Counted from the stretch's first letter, positions 27,257 to 36,250 are shown. The stretch: DNA of 49,212 nt from Syntrophobacterales bacterium (GCA_037445955.1 JBBIJM010000007.1:1-49212), one strand, 5' to 3'. A program made the numbers and translations. The notes: generated from the sequence alone by a model not told the origin.

Positions 27257-27733
27257 CGACTGCCCTCGTGATTATATCAAAGATTCTTTTCCTCTTATGC
27301 AACTTATGTTCCTTCTCCATGGCCTTAGGCAGCCTCCCTGTCGAGGTAAATGACACCTCCCGGGCTGGTTGCCCGTCTTTTATCCCGTTATCCTGATTTA
27401 TTTTTTACGATGAAAGTCGCTTGTTTTGGGAAAAGCCCATTTCACCATAAGGATCTCTCGACGATTATTGGGCATAATTCTCCCGGCCGGCCGTAAGACA
27501 ACGTAACTTTTTGCATAATAATATCCTTTTATTGCAATTCTACTGATCCCCTCCAAATGAGCCACGGGAGATATGTGCCCACAGCCCGCCCCTTCTGTTC
27601 CTTCCGAAAGGTTATATTTTTCGCCTTCTTAATATCTCAGATTGTCAACATTCCTATTGATTCTCATTGAATTATAATTGCCGCTGACGTGAAAACCCCA
27701 GAATCCCCTGGGATACATCGAGGTAGAACAATC

Positions 27734-27750
27734 TTGGCAAGGGTATTGCT
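27734..27750 (+). promoter_or_regulatory. Sigma54 (-24/-12) promoter of the hydrogenase operon
   Basis: TTGGCAAGGGTATTGCT has GG (27736-37) and GC (27748-49) at canonical spacing, 70 bp before the hydC ATG. A sigma54 activator is encoded nearby. Confidence 0.8.
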
Positions 27751-27820
27751 TATATCGGATGAAACCCAGGCTACTGTTGTGCCGGTTTAAGGGAACGACC
27801 AATTTTAAGGAGCGAGGGAT

Positions 27821-28342
27821 ATGAACGTTACTGCAGAAAGCGCGCCATGCCATTGTAATTGTAATGTATCAGCGGAGGAGGCGGAGCTCTTTTCCAGACT
27901 TGATGAGGTTCTCTGCGATTATCAAGGGAGGCCTGGAGCCCTGATCCCGGTTCTACAGTGCGCCCAGGCTATTTTCGGCTACCTTCCCGAGGGGGTCATT
28001 AAAAAAATTTCCGAAGGTTTGTCGAAATCCTACAGTGAAGTATCGGGGGTTATAGGATTCTATTCATTCTTCTCAACTGTTCCCAGGGGAAAGCATCTGA
28101 TAAGGGTTTGCATGGGTACGGCCTGTTACGTGCGCGGAGGCAAGCAGGTTTTGGATTCCCTGAGAAAGGAATTGAAGATCGATGTCGGTCAAACAACCGC
28201 GGACAGGATGTTTTCTCTTTCCGTGGTACGCTGTATCGGGGCCTGCGGTTTAGCCCCGGCAGTCATGGTAAGCGACCAGGTTCACGAGCGGGTAAAGCCC
28301 ATCAAGATCAAGCAGATGCTGGAGGCCCATGCCTCCGCTTAA
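27821..28342 (+). CDS. hydC: [FeFe]-hydrogenase NuoE-like [2Fe-2S] subunit (HydC/HndA)
   Basis: ALIPVLQ.AQ..FGYLP, FYSFF, CMGTACYVRG and CIGACGLAP. Confidence 0.92.
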   Translation: MNVTAESAPCHCNCNVSAEEAELFSRLDEVLCDYQGRPGALIPVLQCAQAIFGYLPEGVIKKISEGLSKSYSEVSGVIGFYSFFSTVPRGKHLIRVCMGTACYVRGGKQVLDSLRKELKIDVGQTTADRMFSLSVVRCIGACGLAPAVMVSDQVHERVKPIKIKQMLEAHASA

Positions 28343-28516
28343 AGGCGATCTCCAGAAGGTCTTGCCAGGGGAATCTTGGTATCTATGGAAATAGGGCAAG
28401 TTCAATCTTATTCCCGTAACTTTGATGGAACTGATCCCAATCCCGGGATCCCGGTGGTAAGCGGGCAGATCTCAGGATTCGGCGAGTCGGAAGATGAAGA
28501 AGAAAACACAGGTTTG

Positions 28517-28939
28517 ATGACAAATAACAATCCGGACAAGATAACCGCTTGCGAAGGGGAATCTAAGGCGCCTTCGGCAAGCCTCACCCTTAGGGAAATA
28601 TGCGAAATCCTCGATGCGGAAGTCCTGGTGGGAGAGGATGAACTCGATCTGGAAATAAAGGGGGCGTTTGCCGCCGATTTGATGAGCGATGTCCTTGCTT
28701 ACGCAAAATCCGGCTGCCTCTTGATTACCGGTCTTACGAACCCTCAGATATTTAGAACGGCAGACGTCTTGGACATTGCCGCCGTGATCGTCGGGAGGGG
28801 GAAAAGGCCTTCTCCTGAAGCCCTGGAGTTGGCGAAGGCATTGAGTATCCCCCTTTTAACTACCAGATACATCCTTTTTGAAATAGCGGGCCGTCTTTTT
28901 GCCCGGGGAATCAGGGGATGCATTGAAAAGACTGACTGA
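28517..28939 (+). CDS. DRTGG-domain protein 1
   Basis: LREICEILDAEVL, FAADLMSDVLA, LLITGLTN, RGK.P. Start uncertain (28376-28517). Confidence 0.82.
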   Translation: MTNNNPDKITACEGESKAPSASLTLREICEILDAEVLVGEDELDLEIKGAFAADLMSDVLAYAKSGCLLITGLTNPQIFRTADVLDIAAVIVGRGKRPSPEALELAKALSIPLLTTRYILFEIAGRLFARGIRGCIEKTD

Positions 28940-28944
28940 AGGCA

Positions 28945-29283
28945 ATGGTTATCCTGCGGACTATAGTTGATGTCTTGAATCTTCAGGTGAGAGTCGGCGA
29001 AGATAAACTCTCTGTACCGGTAACAGGCGGGTATGCAGGAGATCTTCTAAGCGATGTAATCGCCAACAGCGAAGAGGGCCAGATCTGGATCACCCGTCAG
29101 ATTCATCAGAATATCGTGGCGGTCGCCGGTCTGAAGAATCTTGCCGGCATTATTCTCGTCCGGGGAAGCGAACCGACCGCGGACACCCTGAAAAAGGCCG
29201 CCCAGGAGGGAATCCCGATGATGGTAACCGATATGTCCTCTTTCGAAGTTGCCGGTCGGATTTATAATATTTTGAGAGCATAG
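28945..29283 (+). CDS. DRTGG-domain protein 2
   Basis: GGYAGDLLSDVIA, IWITRQIHQNIVAVA and SFEVAGRIY. Confidence 0.85.
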   Translation: MVILRTIVDVLNLQVRVGEDKLSVPVTGGYAGDLLSDVIANSEEGQIWITRQIHQNIVAVAGLKNLAGIILVRGSEPTADTLKKAAQEGIPMMVTDMSSFEVAGRIYNILRA

Positions 29284-29297
29284 GCTTTTTGATTGCG

Positions 29298-30035
29298 ATG
29301 CTGAGGAGGTTTCGCTGCGATCTACATATCCATACCTGTCTTTCACCTTGCGGCGATTTGACCATGAGCCCCCGGGCCATAGCGGACGCCGCGGTAGCGC
29401 AAGGTCTGGATCTGATAGCAATTTGTGACCATAATGCCTCGGGAAACGTACCCTACGTGATCGAGGCAGCCAGGGGACGGCCCCTGGTGGTAATTCCGGG
29501 AATGGAAGTAACCAGCAGCGAAGAAGTTCACACCCTGGCGCTCTTTGACAATTTGGATAGGCTTTCCGCCCTTCAGAGGCTTGTAGATGACCATCTCTTC
29601 GGCACCAATCGGGAGGAGATGTTCGGCTGTCAGGCCATCGTCAATGAACTCGATTACGTAGAGGGTTTTGAAGAGAAGTTTCTTCTGGGGGCAACGACCA
29701 TATCCCTTGCCGATCTGATCAAGGAGATTCATCTCTTGGACGGACTGGCCATAGCCTCTCATATCGATCGGGAGAGCTACAGCGTCCTTAGTCAGCTGGG
29801 TTTTATTTCTCCCGATTGCCCCTTCGACGCCTTGGAAGTAACCCGGCGGATGGGAAGGAAAAGGGCGCTGTCCGAATATCAGCAACTGGCAGGCTATCCC
29901 TTTCTCGAGTCTTCCGATGCCCACAATCTGGAAGAAATAGGCCGCGGCAGATCCCTGATCGTCATGAGCGAAGGAACGATACCGGAGCTTAAAATGGCTC
30001 TAAACAATCTCTCAGGAAGGCGGATAGAGGATTGA
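29298..30035 (+). CDS. PHP-domain phosphoesterase
   Basis: DLHIHT, AICDHN, PGME, EEVH, ASHIDR and SSDAH. Confidence 0.9.
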   Translation: MLRRFRCDLHIHTCLSPCGDLTMSPRAIADAAVAQGLDLIAICDHNASGNVPYVIEAARGRPLVVIPGMEVTSSEEVHTLALFDNLDRLSALQRLVDDHLFGTNREEMFGCQAIVNELDYVEGFEEKFLLGATTISLADLIKEIHLLDGLAIASHIDRESYSVLSQLGFISPDCPFDALEVTRRMGRKRALSEYQQLAGYPFLESSDAHNLEEIGRGRSLIVMSEGTIPELKMALNNLSGRRIED

Positions 30036-30038
30036 GTT

Positions 30039-30587
30039 ATGCTGGAGCTGTCCCTCCATATCCTGGATATAGCGGAGAACTCGACCCGTTCCGGAGCCAG
30101 GACAATCCTCGTTGAGATAAAGGAGGATCCCCTGGCAAACCTTCTTACCTTAAAGATCAGCGACGACGGCGCCGGCATGGCCGAAGATACTTTGAAAAGG
30201 GTTGCCGATCCCTTCTTCACCACGAAAACCGTCCGGAAGGTGGGATTGGGACTGCCGCTGCTTAAGCAGGCCGCCGAGGCCGCGGGGGGCGGGATGTCTG
30301 TCTCCTCCGAGATGGGCAAGGGGACAACGGTCGCCGCCTCCTTTATGCTCGACCATCTTGACCGGCAACCTCTTGGGGACATGGGCCAAACGATGGTTAC
30401 CCTGGTGGCGGGCAGTCCGGAGACGAATTTCATCTATCGCCACCTTCGTAACGGAGGCCAATACGTTATAGATACCGGTGAAATTAAAAAAGAACTGGGG
30501 AACATTCCGATAAATAACGCCCAGGTGCTCGGCCTCATTCGATCCGATATTGAAGAGGGCTTAAGAGAGATCGGGGCCATAGGTTAA
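30039..30587 (+). CDS. Stand-alone HATPase_c (histidine-kinase-like ATPase) protein
   Basis: ELSLHILDIAENS, DDGAGM, DPFFTTK and GLGLPL. No HisKA domain. Confidence 0.88.
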   Translation: MLELSLHILDIAENSTRSGARTILVEIKEDPLANLLTLKISDDGAGMAEDTLKRVADPFFTTKTVRKVGLGLPLLKQAAEAAGGGMSVSSEMGKGTTVAASFMLDHLDRQPLGDMGQTMVTLVAGSPETNFIYRHLRNGGQYVIDTGEIKKELGNIPINNAQVLGLIRSDIEEGLREIGAIG

Positions 30588-30679
30588 CGAAGAGAAAAAA
30601 CGGGGATTCAGAGGAATAAACTTATTATACCGGCAGTTGCGGTAATAGCTATCACATTCATCAGACAGGGGAGCGATCT

Positions 30680-31048
30680 ATGGCAAGAATTACAGTAGGG
30701 GATTTGAAAAAGATCAAGGAGAGGGTTCATAATGAAACAGCTTTAAGAGAGGGTGTCCATCGGGCCAAGGTGACGGTACACATGGGAACCTGCGGAATTG
30801 CCGCGGGAGCCAGAGGAGTCATGGATTCCCTGATGGGCGAAATTGCCGCAGCCGGGATATCGGATGTGGTGGTTACAACCTCCGGCTGTGCCGGTCTTTG
30901 CAGTCAGGAACCGATGCTTACGGTTGAGATGACCGGGGAGGAACCGATCGTCTACAGCAAAATCGACGGCAATAAAATGAGACAGATTTTTAAAGGGCAT
31001 ATCCTGGGTGGGGTAGTTCAGAGTCAGTTTGCCCTGGCGAAAGGCTGA
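30680..31048 (+). CDS. hydD: Thioredoxin-like [2Fe-2S] ferredoxin subunit (HydD/HndB)
   Basis: HMGTCGIAAGAR and TSGCAGLCSQEP; immediately before hydB. Confidence 0.85.
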   Translation: MARITVGDLKKIKERVHNETALREGVHRAKVTVHMGTCGIAAGARGVMDSLMGEIAAAGISDVVVTTSGCAGLCSQEPMLTVEMTGEEPIVYSKIDGNKMRQIFKGHILGGVVQSQFALAKG

Positions 31049-31107
31049 TTATAAACCGTGCGTAAATTCGATCAGGATATTAACAAGTCAAGGAGGATAT
31101 TATCCAC

Positions 31108-34100
31108 ATGAAGGTGTTTCGATCTCATTTATTGCTCTGTGGAGGTACCGGTTGTCACGCTTCAGGGTCCCAAGCTGTAAAGGCTGCCCTCATCGACCAG
31201 ATCAACAAGAAAGGGCTCGGGGAAGAGGTTAAGGTTGTAGAGACCGGTTGTAACGGCTTCTGTGCCCAGGGGCCTATCCTGGTAGTCTACCCGGAGGGCG
31301 TGGTTTACATGTCTTTGAAACCGGAGGATATGCCGGAGCTCGTGGAAGAGCATTTTATCAAGGGTAGGATAGTTCAAAGGCTGCTCTACCGTGAACCCCT
31401 CTCTAAAGAGGTGATCCCGGCGATGAAAGACATCCCCTTCTTCGCCCTTCAGGAACTGAGGGTTCTGCGTAATCGAGGGATTATCGATCCGGAGGTTATC
31501 GACGAAGCCATAGCTAGAGACGGTTATGCCGGCATGGCCAAGGCGTTGACCGAAATGACCCCGGAGGCGATCATAAAGGAAGTCCTCGATTCAGGACTCA
31601 GAGGACGGGGAGGGGCCGGCTTCCCCACGGGGCTCAAGTGGAGGTTCTGCTCCCAATCTCCGGGAAATATTAAATACGTCATCTGTAACGCCGACGAGGG
31701 CGATCCGGGCGCCTTCATGGATAGAAGCGTCCTGGAAGCCGATCCCCATGCGGTCATCGAAGGCATGGTAATCGCCGCCAAGGCCATCGGATCAAGCCAC
31801 GGTTACATTTACTGCCGGGCTGAATACCCCCTGGCGATTCACCGCCTCAATATCGCCACCGCCCAGGCCAGAGAGTACGGCCTCCTGGGTCAAAACATCT
31901 TAGGAACGGGCTTCAATTTCGATCTGGATATCTACCAGGGCGCCGGGGCCTTTGTCTGCGGCGAAGAAACGGCCCTCATGACTTCCATCGAAGGCAAGCG
32001 GGGAATGCCGAGGCCAAGGCCCCCCTTCCCTGCCCTCTCCGGCCTCTGGCAGAAACCATCCATCTTGAATAACGTCGAGACCTTTGCCAATATCGGCCAG
32101 ATAATCCATAAAGGCGCCTCGTGGTACAACTCGATCGGAACGGAAAAAAGTAAGGGGACCAAGGTATTTGCCTTAACGGGAGACGTCAACAATATCGGTC
32201 TTGTAGAAGTCCCCATGGGCATTCAGTTAGGGGAGATCATCTATGAGATCGGCGGCGGCATCCAGAAGGGAAAGAAATTCAAGGCCGCCCAGCTGGGCGG
32301 ACCATCCGGCGGATGCATCCCGGCGGCCCATTTGAACACCCCGGTTGATTTTGAGAAGGTAACAGAGCTCGGAGCCATAATGGGTTCCGGAGGCCTGATT
32401 GTTCTTGACGAAGACAAATGCGCCGTCGATGTGGCCCGCTTCTTCATGGATTTCGTACAGGAAGAATCCTGCGGGAAATGCCCCCCCTGCCGGGTAGGCA
32501 CCAAGCGGATGCTCGAGATGATTACCGACATCTGCAACGGCAAAGGTAAGGAAGGCGATATAGAGAAGCTCATCGAGCTTGGAAATAGCATCAAAGACAC
32601 TGCCCTCTGCGGTCTCGGCCAGACTGCCCCAAACCCCGTCTTGTCAACCATCCGCTACTTCAGAGACGAGTACGAGGCCCACATTGTAGAGAAACGATGC
32701 CCTGCAGGAGTTTGTCCTGAGCTGGTACGCGCCCCCTGTCAGAATGCCTGTCCTGCAGGCGTTGACGTACCGGGGTTCGTTTCTCTCGTGGGAGAAGAGC
32801 GTTATTCTGAAGGTCTTAAGTTACATCGTGAAAGAAATCCCTTCGCTGAAATCTGTGGCCGAATATGTTTCCATCCCTGCGAGAGCAAGTGTCGCCGTTC
32901 AAGTCTCGATGAGCCTCTCGCCATCAGGCAGGTAAAGCGTTTCATGACGGGTATGGAGAAGGAACCTCTCCTGCCTGAATTCAGAGCAAGTGAAATAAAC
33001 GCAACGAGAAAGATTGCTATCGTAGGCGCCGGTCCTGCCGGACTCTCCTGCGCCTACTTCCTGGCCCGCCTGGGTTACAAACCCCAGGTCTTCGAGGCCG
33101 CCCCCCGGGCAGGCGGGATGATGGTTCAGACCATCCCGGAATATCGTCTCCCCCGCCAGGCCATCGAGAAAGAGGTCAAGATGATCGAAAACACCGGGGT
33201 GAAGATCAATTACGGCTCCCGGCTGGGCCGCGACTTTACCCTCTTGAGCCTTAGAGATCAGGGCTATGAGGCGGTATTTCTCGGTGTCGGCGTTCCCTAC
33301 GGCAGCAAAATGGGCATCCCCGGGGAGGACCTCATCGGGGTAACCGACGCAATCAGCTACCTAAGAGAATACAATCTCACCGGGAAGGCCCCGGCAGGCA
33401 ACAACGTCGTCGTCATCGGCGGCGGCAATGCGGCAATCGACGCCGCCCGGACGGCCTTAAGGCTGGGCGCCAAGGAAGTAACCCTCCTCTACAGAAGGAC
33501 AAGATTCGAAATGCCCGCCTGGGCCGAAGAGATTCACGAGGCGGAGATCGAAGGGGTAAAGCTGAATTTCCTTGTCGCTCCGATAGAAGCGGTTTCTCTA
33601 AACGGCAGGGTAAGCGCCCTGAAGTGCGCCAAAATGGAGCTGGGTGACTATGACCGCTCCGGCAGGAGACGCCCGGTTGCGGTGAAAGGAAAGGATTTCG
33701 AGGTCAAGGCGGATTTGGTTATCTCCGCCATCGGTCAATATCTTGATGAGAAGGAAATATTCGCCGGTCTCAATGTCGAAACGAACAAGAGCGGGTATGT
33801 CAAGGTGGATCCCCTCTGTGCTCGAACATCGATCGAGTGGCTCTACGCCGGCGGCGATGTCACCGTCGGCCCCTCTTCAGTGGTCGAGGCTATCGCCTGG
33901 GGTGAAAAGGCCGCGGTTGGAATAGATCAGGCCCTAACCGGGACCGACAACGCCTTCTGGCGAAAAGAAAAGGTTCTCGATACCTTCTTCGATCCCGACG
34001 CCGATCCGATCGATGCGAAGAGAGCTCCTCTTTTGAACCTTTCCCTTTCTGAGAGAATGGGCAACTTCAAAGAGGTCGAAAAGGCACTGCCCGCCGCTTC

Positions 34101-34155
34101 CGCGGTCTGCGAGGCCAAGCGGTGTCTCCGCTGCGATTACCGAGCCGAAAGCTAA
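31108..34155 (+). CDS. hydB: NuoF-like FMN/NADH subunit (HydB/HndC) fused to a GltD/NfnB-like FAD-NAD(P)H domain
   Basis: N-terminal [2Fe-2S], LRGRGGAGFPTG, NADEGDPGAFMD, CGEETAL, GGPSGG, ESCGKCPPCR. Then PCQNACP, CGRICFHPCESKCRR, VGAGPAG, IGGGNAAID, YRRT and EAKRCLRCD. Confidence 0.92.
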   Translation: MKVFRSHLLLCGGTGCHASGSQAVKAALIDQINKKGLGEEVKVVETGCNGFCAQGPILVVYPEGVVYMSLKPEDMPELVEEHFIKGRIVQRLLYREPLSKEVIPAMKDIPFFALQELRVLRNRGIIDPEVIDEAIARDGYAGMAKALTEMTPEAIIKEVLDSGLRGRGGAGFPTGLKWRFCSQSPGNIKYVICNADEGDPGAFMDRSVLEADPHAVIEGMVIAAKAIGSSHGYIYCRAEYPLAIHRLNIATAQAREYGLLGQNILGTGFNFDLDIYQGAGAFVCGEETALMTSIEGKRGMPRPRPPFPALSGLWQKPSILNNVETFANIGQIIHKGASWYNSIGTEKSKGTKVFALTGDVNNIGLVEVPMGIQLGEIIYEIGGGIQKGKKFKAAQLGGPSGGCIPAAHLNTPVDFEKVTELGAIMGSGGLIVLDEDKCAVDVARFFMDFVQEESCGKCPPCRVGTKRMLEMITDICNGKGKEGDIEKLIELGNSIKDTALCGLGQTAPNPVLSTIRYFRDEYEAHIVEKRCPAGVCPELVRAPCQNACPAGVDVPGFVSLVGEERYSEGLKLHRERNPFAEICGRICFHPCESKCRRSSLDEPLAIRQVKRFMTGMEKEPLLPEFRASEINATRKIAIVGAGPAGLSCAYFLARLGYKPQVFEAAPRAGGMMVQTIPEYRLPRQAIEKEVKMIENTGVKINYGSRLGRDFTLLSLRDQGYEAVFLGVGVPYGSKMGIPGEDLIGVTDAISYLREYNLTGKAPAGNNVVVIGGGNAAIDAARTALRLGAKEVTLLYRRTRFEMPAWAEEIHEAEIEGVKLNFLVAPIEAVSLNGRVSALKCAKMELGDYDRSGRRRPVAVKGKDFEVKADLVISAIGQYLDEKEIFAGLNVETNKSGYVKVDPLCARTSIEWLYAGGDVTVGPSSVVEAIAWGEKAAVGIDQALTGTDNAFWRKEKVLDTFFDPDADPIDAKRAPLLNLSLSERMGNFKEVEKALPAASAVCEAKRCLRCDYRAES

Positions 34156-34175
34156 GACAAAAGGAGATCATACCT

Positions 34176-35954
34176 ATGCCAAAACTTACCGTAAACAACA
34201 TTGAAGTAAACGTTCCCGCCGGAACGACCATCCTTGATGCGGCCCGGGAAATCGGGATCAAGATTCCCACCTTGTGCTACCTGAAGGATCTCCAGGCGAT
34301 AGGCGCCTGCCGGATGTGTGTGGTTGAGGTGGAGGGAGCCAAGACACTGTCCGCCGCCTGCGTCACCCCGGTCGTCGAGGGAATGGTTGTCCAGACCAAC
34401 AGCACCCGGGCCAGGGAAGCCAGAAAAACTGTATTGGAACTGATCCTCTCGGAGCACAACGGCGACTGTCAAATCTGCAGCCGCTCTGAGGATTGCGAGC
34501 TCAAATCAATGGCCAATGATCTGGGTATTAAAGAGGTGTTTTACGAAGGCGAGAAGACCAGATCAATCATCGATGATTCTACCCCGGCCCTCGTGCGGGA
34601 TACGGGGAAGTGTATCAACTGTCAGCGCTGCGTCACCGTCTGCAGCGAGGTGCAAAGCGTCACCGCCCTGTTCCCTCAAAACCGGGGATTTGAAACTATC
34701 ATCGGGCCCCCGGTAAACACCAACCTGGCGGGAGTCTCCTGCGTCCAGTGCGGTCAATGTTCCGCCGTCTGTCCCGTCGGGGCGATTACCGAGAAAAACG
34801 ACATCGACCGGGTTTGGGCCGCCATCAACGATCCCGACACCTTGACCATCGCCCAGACCGCCCCGGCTATTCGGGCGGCGGTGGGTGAAGGTTTCGGCAT
34901 GCCGGCGGGAACCCTGGCCACCGGCAAAATGGTCGTGGCCCTGCGCCGTTTGGGCTTTGACTACGTCTTCGATACGGAATTTACCGCCGACTTAACGATC
35001 CTCGAGGAAGGAACCGAACTCCTAACCAGGCTCAAAAACAAGCTAGTCGAGGGCGGCGATGCCAAATTGCCCCTCTTTACCAGCTGTTGTCCCGCCTGGA
35101 TAAAATTTTCCGAATATAACTACCCGGAACTTCTTGATAACCTCTCCACCTGCAAGTCTCCCCAGCAGATGTGCGGGGCGGCGGTGAAGACTTACTACGC
35201 CAAGAAAATAGCGAAACATCCCAAAAACATCTTCGTCTGCTCGATCATGCCCTGTACGGCCAAGAAGTACGAGGCTCAGCGGCCGGAAATGGAAAGCAGC
35301 TGGACCAGAGATGTGGACGTTGTCCTTACCACAAGAGAGTTTGCCAAGATGGCCAAAGAGGCGGGGATTGACTTTGTCAACCTTCCCGACGATCAGATGG
35401 ACGCCCCTCTTGGCCTGGCCACCGGCGCCGCCGATATCTTCGCCAACACCGGCGGGGTTATGGAGGCAGCCCTGCGCACCGCCTACGAACTGGTCACGGG
35501 AAGGGTTTTACCCTACGATAAGATGCATGTGCTGCCCATCCAGGGTTTGGAGGGGGTCAAGGAGGCCTCCATCAAGATCGAAGGCGCCGTTCCCGACTGG
35601 TCATTCCTCGAAGGGGCAACGCTCAACATCGCCGTAGTCCACGGCCTGGCCAATGCCCGCAAGGTGGTAGAGGCGGTAAAATCCGGCGAGAAGAACTACC
35701 ACTTCATCGAGGTGATGACCTGTCCCGGCGGCTGCATAGGCGGCGGCGGCCAGCCTCGCTTCACCACTATGGAGATCAGAAAGGCGAGGATTCAGGCTAT
35801 TTACAAGGAGGACGAGTTCAAGGAGCTCCGTAAATCCCACGAGAATCCCGACGTAATTAAGATCTACAAGGAATTCTTTACCAGCCCCCTGTCCCATAGA
35901 TCCCACAGCTTCCTCCATACCCACTATAAACATAGGGGCCGGTACGAAAGTTAA
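34176..35954 (+). CDS. hydA: [FeFe]-hydrogenase catalytic subunit, group A ([2Fe-2S], His-[4Fe-4S], 2x[4Fe-4S], H-cluster)
   Basis: H-cluster motifs TSCCPAW, MPCTAKKYE and EVMTCPGGCIGGGGQ; HNGDCQIC; two CxxCxxC ferredoxin motifs. AAGGAG precedes ATG 34176. Confidence 0.97.
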   Translation: MPKLTVNNIEVNVPAGTTILDAAREIGIKIPTLCYLKDLQAIGACRMCVVEVEGAKTLSAACVTPVVEGMVVQTNSTRAREARKTVLELILSEHNGDCQICSRSEDCELKSMANDLGIKEVFYEGEKTRSIIDDSTPALVRDTGKCINCQRCVTVCSEVQSVTALFPQNRGFETIIGPPVNTNLAGVSCVQCGQCSAVCPVGAITEKNDIDRVWAAINDPDTLTIAQTAPAIRAAVGEGFGMPAGTLATGKMVVALRRLGFDYVFDTEFTADLTILEEGTELLTRLKNKLVEGGDAKLPLFTSCCPAWIKFSEYNYPELLDNLSTCKSPQQMCGAAVKTYYAKKIAKHPKNIFVCSIMPCTAKKYEAQRPEMESSWTRDVDVVLTTREFAKMAKEAGIDFVNLPDDQMDAPLGLATGAADIFANTGGVMEAALRTAYELVTGRVLPYDKMHVLPIQGLEGVKEASIKIEGAVPDWSFLEGATLNIAVVHGLANARKVVEAVKSGEKNYHFIEVMTCPGGCIGGGGQPRFTTMEIRKARIQAIYKEDEFKELRKSHENPDVIKIYKEFFTSPLSHRSHSFLHTHYKHRGRYES

Positions 35955-35986
35955 GGGGAGCCAAAGAGGGGGTGCGGATATATAAT

Positions 35987-36129
35987 TAGGGGCTTGAGCC
36001 TGCTGCGGATAGCTTAGGGAGGGATCTCATGTTGATTCTCACACTCGGGTTACATTACATCTCCCTTTCCTTGGGCGGCTGCTTTGCTGACGAATAATCT
36101 TCCTAACCGTCGCCGCTGGCTCACCCCTA
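35987..36129 (+). other. Long imperfect inverted repeat / structured intergenic RNA candidate
   Basis: Nested pairings TAGGGG/CCCCTA, TGAGCC/GGCTCA and TTAGGGAG/CTTCCTAA. Confidence 0.5.
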
Positions 36130-36250
36130 TTGTTTTCCCTTCGCTTAAGCGGAGGGTGGAACGTGACGGTCCGATACCTCTATGATCAGGCGCCCCCTTT
36201 TCAAGGAGGACAAAGGGGACAAATCAAAAAAATGAATGAGGAGCTAAAAA

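Noticed and set aside
27821-35954. Selenocysteine recoding in the redox genes
   Set aside because: All Cys motifs are complete and no in-frame TGA interrupts the hydrogenase ORFs.
35972-36190. Group II intron remnant or 6S RNA (GTGCG at 35972, ACGTGACGGTCCG near 36161, long hairpin)
   Set aside because: There is no proper domain V (AGC triad with GNRA loop) and the region is far too short. It lacks recognisable 6S central-bubble motifs or usual synteny. Kept only as an unassigned structure.
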